Positions 1 through 10,324 are shown, counted from the first letter of the stretch. The stretch: 64,000 nucleotides of DNA from Nitrososphaerales archaeon (GCA_046759645.1 JBHICO010000001.1:5109-69108); one strand, 5' to 3'. Numbers and translations are program-made. Notes: generated by a model not told the origin, from the sequence alone.

Positions 1-53
1 CCGAGGAATACCACCAGCAGTACTACCAGAAGAACGGCATTCGTAGCTGCCAT
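1..53 (-). CDS. 5' end of a CDS running off the left edge, with a hydrophobic N-terminus (probable membrane or secreted protein)
   Basis: ATG at 53 on the minus strand, then MAATNAVLLVVLLVVFL. Only 17 codons are visible, so no family can be assigned. Confidence 0.2.
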   Translation of the reverse strand, partial: MAATNAVLLVVLLVVFL

Positions 54-166
54 CTGTGAAGTTCTATTGCAATTGCTGCTTGTATGACTTTAAAAATAAG
101 GTACTTACCAGTTCATCACTTACCAACTTAAATATCCAATCCTAGGAAGAGTAAAGCACGATAAAG

Positions 167-538
167 ATGCCAACAATAGTTCATTTTGAAATACCGACAG
201 ATGACGCTGAAAGAGCAAAGAAGTTCTATACTGAATTGTTCGGCTGGAAGTTTGATAAATTTCAAGGGCCAATGGAATACTGGCTGATTACCACAAAAAA
301 AGGAAATGGCGATGCAGGAATTGGTGGGGGTATGATGAAGAGACAAAACCCGCAACAGTCCATTACGAACTACATTGATGTACCATCTGTAGATGAGTAC
401 GTGGGTAAGGTATCAAAGCTGGGTGGCAAGGTAGTAGTATCCAAAATGGCTGTACCCGGTGAAGGATATCTAGCAGTATGTCTTGATACGGAAAACAATA
501 GTTTCGGAATATGGGAAAAAAATAAAGAAGCCAAATAA
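167..538 (+). CDS. VOC (glyoxalase/bleomycin-resistance/dioxygenase) family protein
   Basis: 123 aa. The N-terminal VHFEIPTDDAERAKKFYTELFGWKF and C-terminal GYLAVCLDTENNSFGIWE are typical of single-domain VOC proteins. Confidence 0.8.
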   Translation: MPTIVHFEIPTDDAERAKKFYTELFGWKFDKFQGPMEYWLITTKKGNGDAGIGGGMMKRQNPQQSITNYIDVPSVDEYVGKVSKLGGKVVVSKMAVPGEGYLAVCLDTENNSFGIWEKNKEAK

Positions 539-933
539 TTCAATGCAGAAAAAAAATAACCTCTACTTTTTTATTCTCGTATCGAAGAAGATAAAAGATC
601 GTATAGTCACACTCTCAAAACTCAATTGAAGAAGTGATAACATTAGACGTTAACAGGATGAGGGTTAGATACAAAGCATCACTTACTAAGCGAAGCACCT
701 ATTCGAATAATTGCAAAGGGAAGCTAAGCTGTTTTTGACAATATGTAAATTGCAAAAGCTAGGGCTTCTAAGCTGGTACCAATGAACTATCCAGCTATAG
801 ATATGTGATTGCGTACTCCAGATAATCACTATTCGTATGATCCCAGCTAAATAATTTGGTGTAAAACAGATTTCTAATACCGATTCAAACTGCATAAGTC
901 TTATTTTATCATGCAATAATAATTATTTGGGCC

Positions 934-1521
934 ATGAAAAGAGTAGGATTGGGAGTATCAGATTCAATCTTAGTTCTGAGTATTGCATATTCTACATCAG
1001 ATGCGAGGGGAAAGGGTCTCAACAGATCAAAGAAAGGAATTTCGCCGGTAGTAGCAACAGTAATACTTGTAGCAGTAGCAGTTGTAATCGCAGGGGCTCT
1101 ATCAGGATTCTCTTCAAGTTTGTTTGGCACATATTCAAGCAGCGGTAGCATTGCAATCAAGACCATGACAATGGATGTCGATGGTGATGGCAGCATTGAG
1201 CTAGTAAACAGGGGAGCACTTGGCGATAGCGTTGATTCTGTACACGTGCCAGGAGTAAAAAGTAATGGAGGTAAAAGGGAGCCTCTAAAGCACGATGAAG
1301 GAGGTAGCACCTACGAAAGCATATACCTCGAAACAAGTTGCCCTGGAAATGCGGGAACAGCTCCCGAGGTAAAGCCAAATAGTGAAGCACTTATCTGCTT
1401 CATAAATGCAGATTTGAAAGGGAAAAACAGTAACGAGTTTGAGCCAGGACAGAGAGTAACTGTCAAGATAAAGATGGTCAGTGGCCTGGAAATTACACAG
1501 ACATTAGTTGTAGAGAAGTGA
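934..1521 (+). CDS. Archaeal type IV pilin-like protein (class III signal peptide)
   Basis: RSKKGISPVVATVILVAVAVVIAGAL is the basic stretch, G and hydrophobic helix typical of archaeal pilin/archaellin N-terminal domains. The rest is Gly/Ser-rich and soluble. Confidence 0.6.
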   Translation: MKRVGLGVSDSILVLSIAYSTSDARGKGLNRSKKGISPVVATVILVAVAVVIAGALSGFSSSLFGTYSSSGSIAIKTMTMDVDGDGSIELVNRGALGDSVDSVHVPGVKSNGGKREPLKHDEGGSTYESIYLETSCPGNAGTAPEVKPNSEALICFINADLKGKNSNEFEPGQRVTVKIKMVSGLEITQTLVVEK

Positions 1522-1735
1522 TGAATAGCAATGATACAGGCTTAGGAAGAACACATGATACCAAGATAGAATAATCAATCAATCAATCAGATGTGCAATT
1601 GCCAGATTAGTCCGTTTTTAATGTTACCCCAAAAAAAGCCATCTTCTTTGTTAATTGATAAACATGTTCGTATTTACAAGAGTGGAATAGATCTATTATA
1701 GGAATTCTTATTAATTTAGGAAAAGTTAAGCCATT

Positions 1736-2095
1736 GTGGACTACAATAACCTTTGCTCAGAGATTTTAAAACGTGATCCAAACATACGTTATGCTGGTAT
1801 TTGCGATATGACGGGTGAAATCAGATATGATTTACAGCGTGAAGGGGTGAAGAACTTACTGACACACGAAGAAGAAAAGTTATCACTCTCACAGGCTGTT
1901 TATAGATGGAGTACGCGCAAATTCCTTCAAGGCAAAACTGGAAGAGCCAAATATGCAATGGCAGAATATGAAAAGATGAAGCGAATTACTATGCCTGTAG
2001 ACGATAATCATATCATTCTTGTAACCACAGAAGTATCCGCCGATGTTAAAAAGATAGTCGATGATATCCTAGATTTAATGGCAGAGTTGAAGTGA
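1736..2095 (+). CDS. Hypothetical protein (small soluble alpha/beta, possibly Roadblock/LC7-like)
   Basis: 119-aa ORF with a GTG start and protein-like composition. No antisense competitor and no diagnostic motif. Confidence 0.5.
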   Translation: MDYNNLCSEILKRDPNIRYAGICDMTGEIRYDLQREGVKNLLTHEEEKLSLSQAVYRWSTRKFLQGKTGRAKYAMAEYEKMKRITMPVDDNHIILVTTEVSADVKKIVDDILDLMAELK

Positions 2096-2249
2096 TATTG
2101 TTTTATCTGTAAAGTGCGTCATAATTTCTCCATGAATCTACTTAAAATGAAGGAAAAGTGACTTCAGGCAGTTTTTCTGTAATAAGGGATTCAATTCAGG
2201 TTAAGCGATCCAAACAGAATTTAAAGAGGTTGTATGAACTATCTGTGAA

Positions 2250-2483
2250 GTGCACCAAAGAGATTGGATAGTGATCTTGATCGCTGCATCTATAGCGATA
2301 ACTGTAGTCTCTCTAATGTTTGGTGTATTCTTCTTGTTCTTCCTCTTACCCATAATCTTCCCTCTTGCACTCAGACGCCGATTCAGTCTTAGGAAAAAGC
2401 ATACCTATAGAGAACCACATACACTAGACCAAAATCGTTGGACTTCCGATGAGGAAGAAGACTGGAAGAAGAAATGGAAGTAG
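2250..2483 (+). CDS. Small membrane protein (hypothetical)
   Basis: 77 aa with two hydrophobic helices (ILIAASIAITVVSLMFGVFFLFFLLPIIFPLAL) and a charged tail. Confidence 0.35.
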   Translation: MHQRDWIVILIAASIAITVVSLMFGVFFLFFLLPIIFPLALRRRFSLRKKHTYREPHTLDQNRWTSDEEEDWKKKWK

Positions 2484-2859
2484 AATCCCACAGATATCAT
2501 CATTACTTATCGTCAAACTGTAACAGAACAGGAATTCACAATCTTATGTTTACAATACTACGCATGCTTTCTGGGGATTACAAATCACAACTATGTCTGG
2601 AATGATCTGTGTCGATATTACTAGAATGAAGATTAGAGCAAGTAGCAACAATGAATAACTGTGTTTATGATAAGTAAAAGGAAAAATTGATCTTATCGCC
2701 TTCATCATCTTAAATAAGAAGAGCTTGAACCAATTTAAGCATTTTATATTTATTGACCATTAATGAAGAATTGCATCGCAAGTCACTGTTCCAAAGCTAT
2801 GAACATACAAGACAGCAAGGTTCTAATGAACGATTATGATTTAAATTGTTGAAGAGTAC

Positions 2860-3723
2860 TTGGTTGAATCTTTCAATCATAAATATCATGGCAGTTTCGC
2901 CAAGAAGATTAATGTGGTTGAAGATAGAATGTTTGTAAACGTTCTAAGGAAGCAACACAAGGAAGTTGATTTTGATTTTGACTACACTCTCAATCCATAT
3001 CAAGGATGTAGCTATGGCTGTTCAGAATGCTATGTTCAGAGTATGTTTCCTTCCGTGATCCAGGCCAAAGGAGGATGGGGGAACTTTGTTGAGATACGTC
3101 GTCGCACCGTTGAGATGCTTGAGAAGAATAAAAAGAGATTGAGGGGCAAGAAGATCTTTGCTAGCACAGCTACTGACCTCTGGATGCCTGAGGCCTACAA
3201 ATCTGGTTTGACCAGAGATATCTTGGAAAAGCTTGTAGAGATAGACTTCTCCTTATGCGTCCTAAGTACCAGAAGTACACTTTTGCTAAAAGATGTAGAT
3301 CTGTTAAGAAAAATGAAAGGGAAGATAGAAGTAGGCATAAGCATACCCACTGATAGAATCGATGTTACTAACTTACTGCATCCTCATGTCGCAACACCGC
3401 GGGGAAGGTTCAATGCTGCTAAACAACTAAAGAACGATGGCATCAATGTCAGAATACAGATGGCTCCTTGCTTACCTTATACCAATCATTTTGCAAATTT
3501 GGTCTCTGACAGTGCCCAGTGGTTGCTTCTGGATTACTGTTCGTATCAATCGTTACCATACAAGAACCTACTGTGTGAAAATGGCTTCGGATATTGTTTG
3601 AGCCGTGATTGGACAAGAAAACAATTTGAATATTTCAAATCTGTCCTAGGGGAGAACAAAGTTAAGTTGGGAGAAGATTATTTCGCATGGTCTTATGATA
3701 AGATCCAACAAGGTTATACCTGA
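2860..3723 (+). CDS. Radical SAM protein (SplB/COG1533-like DNA-repair-photolyase family)
   Basis: NPYQGCSYGCSECY carries the CxxxCxxC radical SAM cluster motif. Size and layout fit the SplB-like family. Confidence 0.7.
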   Translation: MVESFNHKYHGSFAKKINVVEDRMFVNVLRKQHKEVDFDFDYTLNPYQGCSYGCSECYVQSMFPSVIQAKGGWGNFVEIRRRTVEMLEKNKKRLRGKKIFASTATDLWMPEAYKSGLTRDILEKLVEIDFSLCVLSTRSTLLLKDVDLLRKMKGKIEVGISIPTDRIDVTNLLHPHVATPRGRFNAAKQLKNDGINVRIQMAPCLPYTNHFANLVSDSAQWLLLDYCSYQSLPYKNLLCENGFGYCLSRDWTRKQFEYFKSVLGENKVKLGEDYFAWSYDKIQQGYT

Positions 3724-3834
3724 AGATTGCTGTTATTAGAAGGATTTCAATCAATATTATATATGCTCTAGCATATGCTATGATATGATGACGGTTCTTA
3801 ATCTTGATATATGCATCATTATTAAAAAATATGA

Positions 3835-4212
3835 ATGATAACTATAGACTGTAGCGATATAGAAAATATCATAGTGGAAGTTGCAGCTTATCTTGCAGAT
3901 AATGTTGAGGTAGTGCCAGCAATAAAGACTAGAAGTATAGTGCTTGATCCATTGGTAGAGAAGGACGTAAGGGCAAAGGATGTTAGCATGCATCTGGAAA
4001 ACTTCCTTGCTGAAAAAGGTCTAGCGAGAGATTTTATCATTAAAGTTCGTGATGAGAAGATAATGGTGGTAGCGATTTCAGAAACAAAGATTGAAGCTGT
4101 AAGGAATGACTCGGGTCTGCTGGTATGCCCTTTTTGTGGCCTAGTCACACCTCACGAGGAAGAAATGAATGTGCATATGAGGGCTGACCTTGCTGGCGGT
4201 ATTTGCTTCTAA
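3835..4212 (+). CDS. Hypothetical protein with C-terminal C2H2-like zinc finger
   Basis: 125 aa. C-terminal CPFCGLVTPHEEEMNVHMR follows CxxC...HxxxxH spacing. Confidence 0.45.
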   Translation: MITIDCSDIENIIVEVAAYLADNVEVVPAIKTRSIVLDPLVEKDVRAKDVSMHLENFLAEKGLARDFIIKVRDEKIMVVAISETKIEAVRNDSGLLVCPFCGLVTPHEEEMNVHMRADLAGGICF

Positions 4213-4381
4213 CTTGAACTGTAGACTATTATCAATGATCTAAATTGCAAGATTTCATTTCTTAATCCTTTTCCAGATCTTTTTGATCTCTAATTGAACA
4301 ACTGCAAATGAAAAGATATTGTATGATCGGATAAAAAAATCATGAAGTCAGCACTATGCACGCCTCCATTGAATAAAGATA

Positions 4382-4393
4382 CAAAAAAATAAA
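4382..4393 (-). terminator. Oligo-T tract downstream of the thermosome gene
   Basis: The minus strand reads TTTATTTTTTTG, starting 7 nt after the TAA stop (4400-4402). Archaeal RNA polymerase terminates at oligo-T runs. Confidence 0.4.
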
Positions 4394-4399
4394 GTGGAG

Positions 4400-6067
4400 T
4401 TAGTATTCCATTCCGCCCATTCCGCCCATACCGCCGCCACCTGGTCCTCCTGGAGGCCCGGCAGGCGCCCTTGACTTGGCTGCAGCTATCACATCATCTA
4501 TGCGCAATATCATACTAGCAGTTTCTGTAGCAGATTTGATTATCTGTTCTTTTACGGAAAGAGGTTCTAAAATGTCCTTCCTCATCATATCCGTAATCTT
4601 CAATTCCCTTACATCAATACCGCTCCATTTGCTTCCCTTGCTCTGCTTAGCTCTTAATTCTGTCATTGTGTCTATCGGATCCATACCAGCATTCTCCCCA
4701 AGTGTTAATGGTATAGTTTCTAATGCTTCCGCAAACTTCTGAGCTGCTAACTGCTCTCTTCCAGAGAGCTTGTTTGACCATGTCTTTAACTCTGTTGCAA
4801 GATACGCTTCTGGTGCTCCTCCACCGGCTACAATAGATGGTTTCTCCATAACGTCCTTCACTACCATCAATGCATCGTGTATGGAACGTTCAGCCTCATC
4901 TACCACTCTTTGAGAGCCTCCTCTTACAAGCATAGTCAGGGCTTTAGGATTCTTGCACCCCTCTATGAATACCCACTTGTCTGTCTCTACCTTGCGTTCC
5001 TCAACTAGGCCCGCAGTTCCAAGATCTTCTTCAGTAAGATCTTCAATGTTTGTAACAACCCTTCCTCCTGTCGCTTTGGATAATTTCGTCATATCACTTT
5101 CCTTCGATCTCCTTACCGCCACCACGCCTGCCTTTGCTAGATAGTGCTGTGCTATGTCGTCAACTCCCTTTTGGCATACTATTACCTTTGCACCACTTGC
5201 AACAATTTTATCTACCATTGCCTGCAGTATTCTATTCTCTTCATCTAGGAACATCTTCATCTTTTCAGGGCTGTCTATATTGATCTTAGCATCGAACTCT
5301 GTCTTCTCGATTTCCAATGGTGAGTTAAGCAATGCAATCTTTGCATTTTCAACCCTCTTGGGCATGCCGCCGTGAACAACCTCCTTGTCAAGAACAATAC
5401 CGTTGATCAGTTTAGTGTCTTTAATGGAACCTCCGGCCTTCTTTTCCACCTTTATGTCATCTATATCTATTCTATAGGTATCGCCTATCTTTTCTGCTAC
5501 GCCCAAGACAGCATCAACTGCTAAATCAGACAGATACGGACTGTCATCTGAAACAAGCTTCGACTGCATGGCTGTATTTGCAATCTTTGCAAGAGTTTTC
5601 TTGTCGTTGGGACCTACCTCTTCAGCAATTTTATTCAGAATTTCAATTGCCTTGATAGATGCCTTCCTGTAGCCATCAACTATGATTGTTGGGTGCACAT
5701 CTTGGTTAATTAGTTCTTCAGCATTGCCGATAAGAGCTCCGGCCAAAACCACCGATGATGTGGTGCCATCCCCGACTTCATTATCTACCGATTTTGCTAT
5801 TTCTACCATCATCTTACCAGCAGGGTGCTGAATATCCATCTCCTTCAACAGTGCTGCCCCGTCATTAGTTATCGTAACATCGCCCAGAGTGTCAACAAGC
5901 ATCTTGTCCATTCCTCTAGGACCCAGTGAAGTCTTCACTATCTCGGCTACAAGGCGAGCTGCCATGATATTATTTCTTTTAGCATCTCTTCCCTTTGTTT
6001 GCGATGAACCCTCCTTTAAGATCAGTATGGGTGTTCCGTCACTCGTAGTTGTCGGAATTATAGACAT
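4400..6067 (-). CDS. ths: Thermosome subunit (group II chaperonin, Cpn60/TCP-1 family)
   Basis: 555 aa with [23 protein letters not shown] and VAGGGAPE motifs. The [12 protein letters not shown]-terminal tail is typical of group II chaperonins. Confidence 0.97.
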   Translation of the reverse strand: MSIIPTTTSDGTPILILKEGSSQTKGRDAKRNNIMAARLVAEIVKTSLGPRGMDKMLVDTLGDVTITNDGAALLKEMDIQHPAGKMMVEIAKSVDNEVGDGTTSSVVLAGALIGNAEELINQDVHPTIIVDGYRKASIKAIEILNKIAEEVGPNDKKTLAKIANTAMQSKLVSDDSPYLSDLAVDAVLGVAEKIGDTYRIDIDDIKVEKKAGGSIKDTKLINGIVLDKEVVHGGMPKRVENAKIALLNSPLEIEKTEFDAKINIDSPEKMKMFLDEENRILQAMVDKIVASGAKVIVCQKGVDDIAQHYLAKAGVVAVRRSKESDMTKLSKATGGRVVTNIEDLTEEDLGTAGLVEERKVETDKWVFIEGCKNPKALTMLVRGGSQRVVDEAERSIHDALMVVKDVMEKPSIVAGGGAPEAYLATELKTWSNKLSGREQLAAQKFAEALETIPLTLGENAGMDPIDTMTELRAKQSKGSKWSGIDVRELKITDMMRKDILEPLSVKEQIIKSATETASMILRIDDVIAAAKSRAPAGPPGGPGGGGMGGMGGMEY

Positions 6068-6103
6068 ACATTACCACGTCCTTATTTCAGAGTAAATCAG
6101 AGC

Positions 6104-6113
6104 AATAAATAAA
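6104..6113 (-). promoter_or_regulatory. Candidate TATA box for the thermosome gene
   Basis: The minus strand reads AAAAATTTATTTATTG about 41 nt upstream of the ATG. An A-rich BRE-like stretch lies immediately upstream. Confidence 0.3.
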
Positions 6114-6359
6114 TTTTTGCATAACACCAAACAAAACTATCTCAAGAATTAAAAAAAATAAATACACATATGAGAGGTCTAGAAGCCAACTCATCATGGC
6201 TGTGCGTGTGATTAGATGCTCTCTCAATGAATAAATGTAATTATCTTACGAACCCGAAAGATAAAATGGCTCAAATGCGACCGGTTTCATCATTTCGGTC
6301 TTTAATTTGAAGTGTTGCTGATTGTAATATTAATAAGGTTAAGAAGAATGGATCTGCGT

Positions 6360-6818
6360 ATGAATAAGAAAATTCTTGTACCATATGATGGAAGCGAGAT
6401 GTCTGACAAGGCTCTTAATCACGCTCTGGAGATTGCTGAAGCAATGAACATGAAGATAATAGTATTGAGAGTTCTTGCAGGATTTATTGACTCTTCCAAG
6501 CTATTGTTTCTGAATCCAGTAGATAGGAAGAATATCAAAAAACAGCTAGCAAAGACAGACAAGAAGGCGGAGGAGCAGCACTATAGAAAGCTCAACAAGC
6601 AACTAGCCATATGTACTTCTAAAGATGTGCAGGCATCGAGCATGGTGGTTCATGGAGATCCTAGTAATATGATCCTGTCTGTAGCAGATAAGGAAAAACC
6701 CTACATGATAGTAATGGGTAGCAAAAAACTGAAGGGATTTGCCAAATTGAAAATGCTAGGAAGTGTTTCCAGGACAGTCGTCGAAAATGCAAAATGCCCT
6801 GTCACTATCGTTCACTAA
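6360..6818 (+). CDS. Universal stress protein (UspA family)
   Basis: MNKKILVPYDGSEMSDKALNHALEIA at the N-terminus and GSVSRTVVENAKCPVTIV at the C-terminus. Start moved to the internal ATG at 6360; the ORF opens at 6312. Confidence 0.85.
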   Translation: MNKKILVPYDGSEMSDKALNHALEIAEAMNMKIIVLRVLAGFIDSSKLLFLNPVDRKNIKKQLAKTDKKAEEQHYRKLNKQLAICTSKDVQASSMVVHGDPSNMILSVADKEKPYMIVMGSKKLKGFAKLKMLGSVSRTVVENAKCPVTIVH

Positions 6819-6944
6819 TGATCAATGAACTTTTCTCTTAACTGATCTAGAATTTCTGATACCTTTTCTACTTCTTTACAAGTCCTAGTTTATGATCTAT
6901 CTGTACGAAAAGTAATATATCTTACATCTTGCAGTAGAAAGTAA

Positions 6945-7892
6945 ATGCAAATCATGGGAAGGGGCTTTAGTCAAATCATGAAAGAATCGCCATATCTTTT
7001 TCACTTTGGTGTAAAGTATGCTGCCTACAAGTTATTTAACAAACGAAGTCCGTTCTTTGGATCAGCAGATATTATCAATGTCTGCAACCTACACTGTTCA
7101 CATTGTTACTGGTGGTTGAATAGAAAGGAAAATGACGAGCTTACAGTAGAACAGTGGAAAGAGGTCATTGAGACAAAATTCAAAAAGAACCATATTTTTA
7201 ATATAACACTGGTTGGTGGAGAACCAACTCTCAGACCAGACATTATAGAATTATTTGTAAAGGAATTTCCAAAGCGAGTCTGTATTGTAACAAACGGAAC
7301 TTATCCACTACAAAAGTACAATGACCTATACTTTTACTGGGTATCAATCGATGGTACGAAAGAAGCTCATGACAGCATAAGGGGCAAGGGTACCTATGCT
7401 TCTATACGAAAGAATATTCTGGATTATCTTGAAAATAACGGAGAAGAAGCGTGGAAAGACATTTGGATTTCTATGACGATAAACTCATTGAACTATAAAA
7501 CAGTGGGAGATGTTGCTAAAGAATGGTATGGGCATGTTAACAAAATCGCTTTCCAGTTCCACACCCCCTTTACAAAAGGAGATCCTCTCTGGGTTCCTTT
7601 TGGTCCAGAAAGGACGAAACTTGTGGATGAAATGATCGTTATGAAAGACCGATACAACGGGTATATCATAAATCCAAAACCGCAGCTCGAATTAATGAAA
7701 AGAAACTGGGGTGGAGAAGGTACCACTCCTATCGATTGTCCAACATGGGCGATACTTTCTGTTGATCATTTGGGAAGAGAGAAAAAGCCTTGCTGTATTG
7801 GAAGCAGTGATAAAGATTCCATGAAACCAATATGTGAGGATTGTGGTCTTGCATGTTACTCCGTATTTCTTAGCCATGGAATAAAAGGTTAG
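6945..7892 (+). CDS. Radical SAM protein with Cys-rich C-terminal (SPASM/twitch-like) region
   Basis: NVCNLHCSHCYW (CxxxCxxC), GGEPTLRPD, and a C-terminal CPTW...PCCIGS...PICEDCGLAC. Confidence 0.8.
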   Translation: MQIMGRGFSQIMKESPYLFHFGVKYAAYKLFNKRSPFFGSADIINVCNLHCSHCYWWLNRKENDELTVEQWKEVIETKFKKNHIFNITLVGGEPTLRPDIIELFVKEFPKRVCIVTNGTYPLQKYNDLYFYWVSIDGTKEAHDSIRGKGTYASIRKNILDYLENNGEEAWKDIWISMTINSLNYKTVGDVAKEWYGHVNKIAFQFHTPFTKGDPLWVPFGPERTKLVDEMIVMKDRYNGYIINPKPQLELMKRNWGGEGTTPIDCPTWAILSVDHLGREKKPCCIGSSDKDSMKPICEDCGLACYSVFLSHGIKG

Positions 7893-8045
7893 ACAATGTT
7901 GTCCTTACCCTTGTGAGAAGTTTTCTATAAAAGAATACTTTTATCGTTTCCACTGTTGTAAAAGAGGGGTTCAAATACCAATAAAACTGTTGTAGATGAG
8001 TTTCTTTGCCCTCCTCTATTGAATCTACTCCTCTAAACTTTATGT

Positions 8046-8777
8046 ATGCTTACAAACAGACGACAATTGCACTTGCATGAGTTAAAAAATAAAGTTGCCA
8101 TCATTACGGGAAGTGGAAGAGGAATAGGTAGAGCTACAGCTTTAACCCTAGCAAAGGAGGGAATGAAAATAGTTGTCAATTCAAGAACTGAAAAAGAAAT
8201 ACAGGAAACTGTAAGAATGATTGAGGGGTTAGGAGCCACTGCTTTTGGTTTAAGGGCTGATGTCGCTACCTCTGCGGAAGTGACCGCACTGGTTCAACGC
8301 ACTGTTGACAAATTCGGTAAGATCGATGTCTTGGTCAACAATGCAGGTATAGCTTTCGTAAAGCAATTGATCGATACAAATGAAGATGAGTGGGATGCCA
8401 CCTTGGACATAAACCTGAAAGGTGCATTTCTATGTAGCAAGGTGGTTTTGCCAATAATGATCAGGCAGAGATCAGGTGTGATAGTCAACATAAGCTCCGG
8501 TGCAGGAAAGACAGGATTTAGCGAAATATCTGCATACTGTGCGAGTAAGTTTGGATTGATTGGGTTAACGGAAAGCCTAGCGAGGGAAGTCGATAAGTAC
8601 AACATAAGGGTAATAGCTCTCTGTCCAGGTGCAGTTGCTACCAGGATGCAGGAAGAGACAGATCCTGAATGGTATGCAAGTCATAGGCATGGCATGCTAA
8701 AGGCAGAAGATGTTGCAAAGAAAGTATCAGCTGCAATTAGGGGTAAGTATCGTTCAGGCAGTTCTATTGATGTTTAA
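8046..8777 (+). CDS. Short-chain dehydrogenase/reductase (FabG-like SDR)
   Basis: TGSGRGIG cofactor motif, NNAG, catalytic YCASK and PGAVATRM. Confidence 0.9.
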   Translation: MLTNRRQLHLHELKNKVAIITGSGRGIGRATALTLAKEGMKIVVNSRTEKEIQETVRMIEGLGATAFGLRADVATSAEVTALVQRTVDKFGKIDVLVNNAGIAFVKQLIDTNEDEWDATLDINLKGAFLCSKVVLPIMIRQRSGVIVNISSGAGKTGFSEISAYCASKFGLIGLTESLAREVDKYNIRVIALCPGAVATRMQEETDPEWYASHRHGMLKAEDVAKKVSAAIRGKYRSGSSIDV

Positions 8778-8941
8778 TTAAATTAACATCATTCTGATTA
8801 AACTGTGAATGTCGCAGTGAAGTATGGGCAAACAATTACTATTCAGTTACTCAAGTTTACCTCTGACCTTTGCATCTCAACCAGACATTTGTTAATTTAA
8901 TCAATTCTTGAACTGTTAAAGGCTAACGTATAAAAAACACA

Positions 8942-9499
8942 ATGTACCTTCTATTAATGATATCTATGTTCATTAAGGATTTTGATGAACCACGAGCTCA
9001 GGAGCAAGCAGATGACCAGAGCAAACACATTTTACTTTTATACGATGATGAAGAATCGTTAACTAATGTATTAGGGGCCTCAGAAGAGCTGACTAACAAA
9101 AACTGGTTCAGGACGTACTGTGGAACACAATCACATTCTGGCTTCAATTTCCTGAGGAAGCATGGTTGGTCTGATGTGACCATATCCCCCTACGGTCGGC
9201 TTGTAGATGACACTAAGCAGTATTTCAGGGAAGTGTGGGACCGAATAATGGGTCAGGCAGGAGACCTGCGAACCTGTGTTATGGGCTTTATGACAGGTGA
9301 TCTCTGTCATAAGAGTTCTCTTCGAAACGCAATAACAGTTGAAGAGTTGTACAACTCTAACAGGATTAATGGAATAATGTATTGCCCCTATCTGCTGAAA
9401 GACTTGCTTCGTGGTGGTGTTGGAGACGTTCTAGATCTGATCAAGAGTCATGACCAAAGCTTCCTTGTGCAAAAGGATAAGTTGTATAAAATCGGATAA
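8942..9499 (+). CDS. Hypothetical protein, MEDS-domain-like
   Basis: HILLLYDDEESL near the N-terminus and IMYCPY...DLIKSHDQSFL near the C-terminus resemble conserved MEDS sensory-domain blocks. Judged by eye only. Confidence 0.4.
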   Translation: MYLLLMISMFIKDFDEPRAQEQADDQSKHILLLYDDEESLTNVLGASEELTNKNWFRTYCGTQSHSGFNFLRKHGWSDVTISPYGRLVDDTKQYFREVWDRIMGQAGDLRTCVMGFMTGDLCHKSSLRNAITVEELYNSNRINGIMYCPYLLKDLLRGGVGDVLDLIKSHDQSFLVQKDKLYKIG

Positions 9500-9631
9500 T
9501 GCCTGCGATTGTATAAGGTGTTTGTTCATAGCCTTGTGTAAATAAATTGCATTGGAATGGTCCGAAAAAGACTATACATTATTAGGCAATTATATGCGAA
9601 AACCAAAATGGATCATATTAATTAGCCTTCA

Positions 9632-9654
9632 CTATCTATCGTATCATCAGATAG
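9632..9654. promoter_or_regulatory. Inverted repeat CTATCT-N11-AGATAG abutting the Csa3-like gene start
   Basis: CTATCT (9632-9637) and AGATAG (9649-9654) form a perfect 6-bp inverted repeat, 8 nt upstream of the GTG at 9662. It overlaps a GGAGG-like stretch. Confidence 0.25.
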
Positions 9655-9661
9655 GAGGAGC

Positions 9662-10324
9662 GTGAATGCGTTGCCTGAAAGTATTATTCAAATAGCAACA
9701 TTTGGGGAGAGAGAAGATGACATAACTGTAGGTATAAGGAACTTCCCGATAACCAAACTTGCACTTCTCTGCTATGAAGATCAGAAGCCTAAAGCTGAAG
9801 AGTTTGCAACAAGGCTCGAAACGACACTTGGGATACGAATAAGCCATCTAACAGTATCTAGAAATAATCTATTTCATACTGTTTTGGAAAGAATTGCAGA
9901 ACTAATAAGTAGCGAGACAGGATCAGTTGACCACATATTAATGAATGTAAGTGGTGGTGATAAGATACTTGGTTCTGCTGCGCTCTGTGCAGCATTTGTA
10001 AATGGAATAAAGGTATTTGGGTTGGATAATAAAGGCCAGCCAATGCTTCTTCCTGTTATAAAGTTGACTTACAATGAAGTTATTTCACCTGTAAAGATCC
10101 AGATTCTAAGAGCTATTGAAGAAGCTGGAGGTTCGGTAAAGAGCTTGGAACAGTTAGGTCAATTGGTGCATCTAGGCAAGCCTTTACTTAGTTACCATAT
10201 ACAGGGTAGCACTGATGCGAGAGGCCTTGCAGAACTAGGTTTGGTCGAAGTGGAAAGGGGAAGGGGCAGATTGCATGTAAATTTAACGACAATGGGGAAA
10301 TTGTGTATTATGAGTATCACTTAA
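9662..10324 (+). CDS. Csa3-like regulator: CARF-type Rossmann-like N-domain plus C-terminal winged HTH
   Basis: N-terminal IATFGERED and mid MNVSGGDKIL parallel the two Gly-containing loops of Csa3-type CARF domains. C-terminal ILRAIEEAGGSVKSLEQL...LAELGLVEVERGRGR is a wHTH. Confidence 0.55.
   Translation: MNALPESIIQIATFGEREDDITVGIRNFPITKLALLCYEDQKPKAEEFATRLETTLGIRISHLTVSRNNLFHTVLERIAELISSETGSVDHILMNVSGGDKILGSAALCAAFVNGIKVFGLDNKGQPMLLPVIKLTYNEVISPVKIQILRAIEEAGGSVKSLEQLGQLVHLGKPLLSYHIQGSTDARGLAELGLVEVERGRGRLHVNLTTMGKLCIMSIT

Noticed and set aside
128-355. 75-aa minus-strand ORF
   Set aside because: It is entirely antisense to the well-supported VOC gene, with odd composition and no motif.
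909-1390. Minus-strand ORFs of 133 aa and 77 aa
   Set aside because: They are antisense shadows of the pilin-like gene, and the translations are low-complexity (Ser/Pro/Leu/Thr-rich).
4403-4445. Tandem ccattccgcc-type repeat
   Set aside because: It simply encodes the [10 protein letters not shown]-terminal tail that is normal for group II chaperonins. It is not an independent repeat element.
6280-6300. Hairpin GACCG-N12-CGGTC containing an ATGATGA (C-box-like) sequence on the minus strand
   Set aside because: No CTGA D or D' box lies at a suitable distance and the stem is only 5 bp, so it is probably fortuitous.
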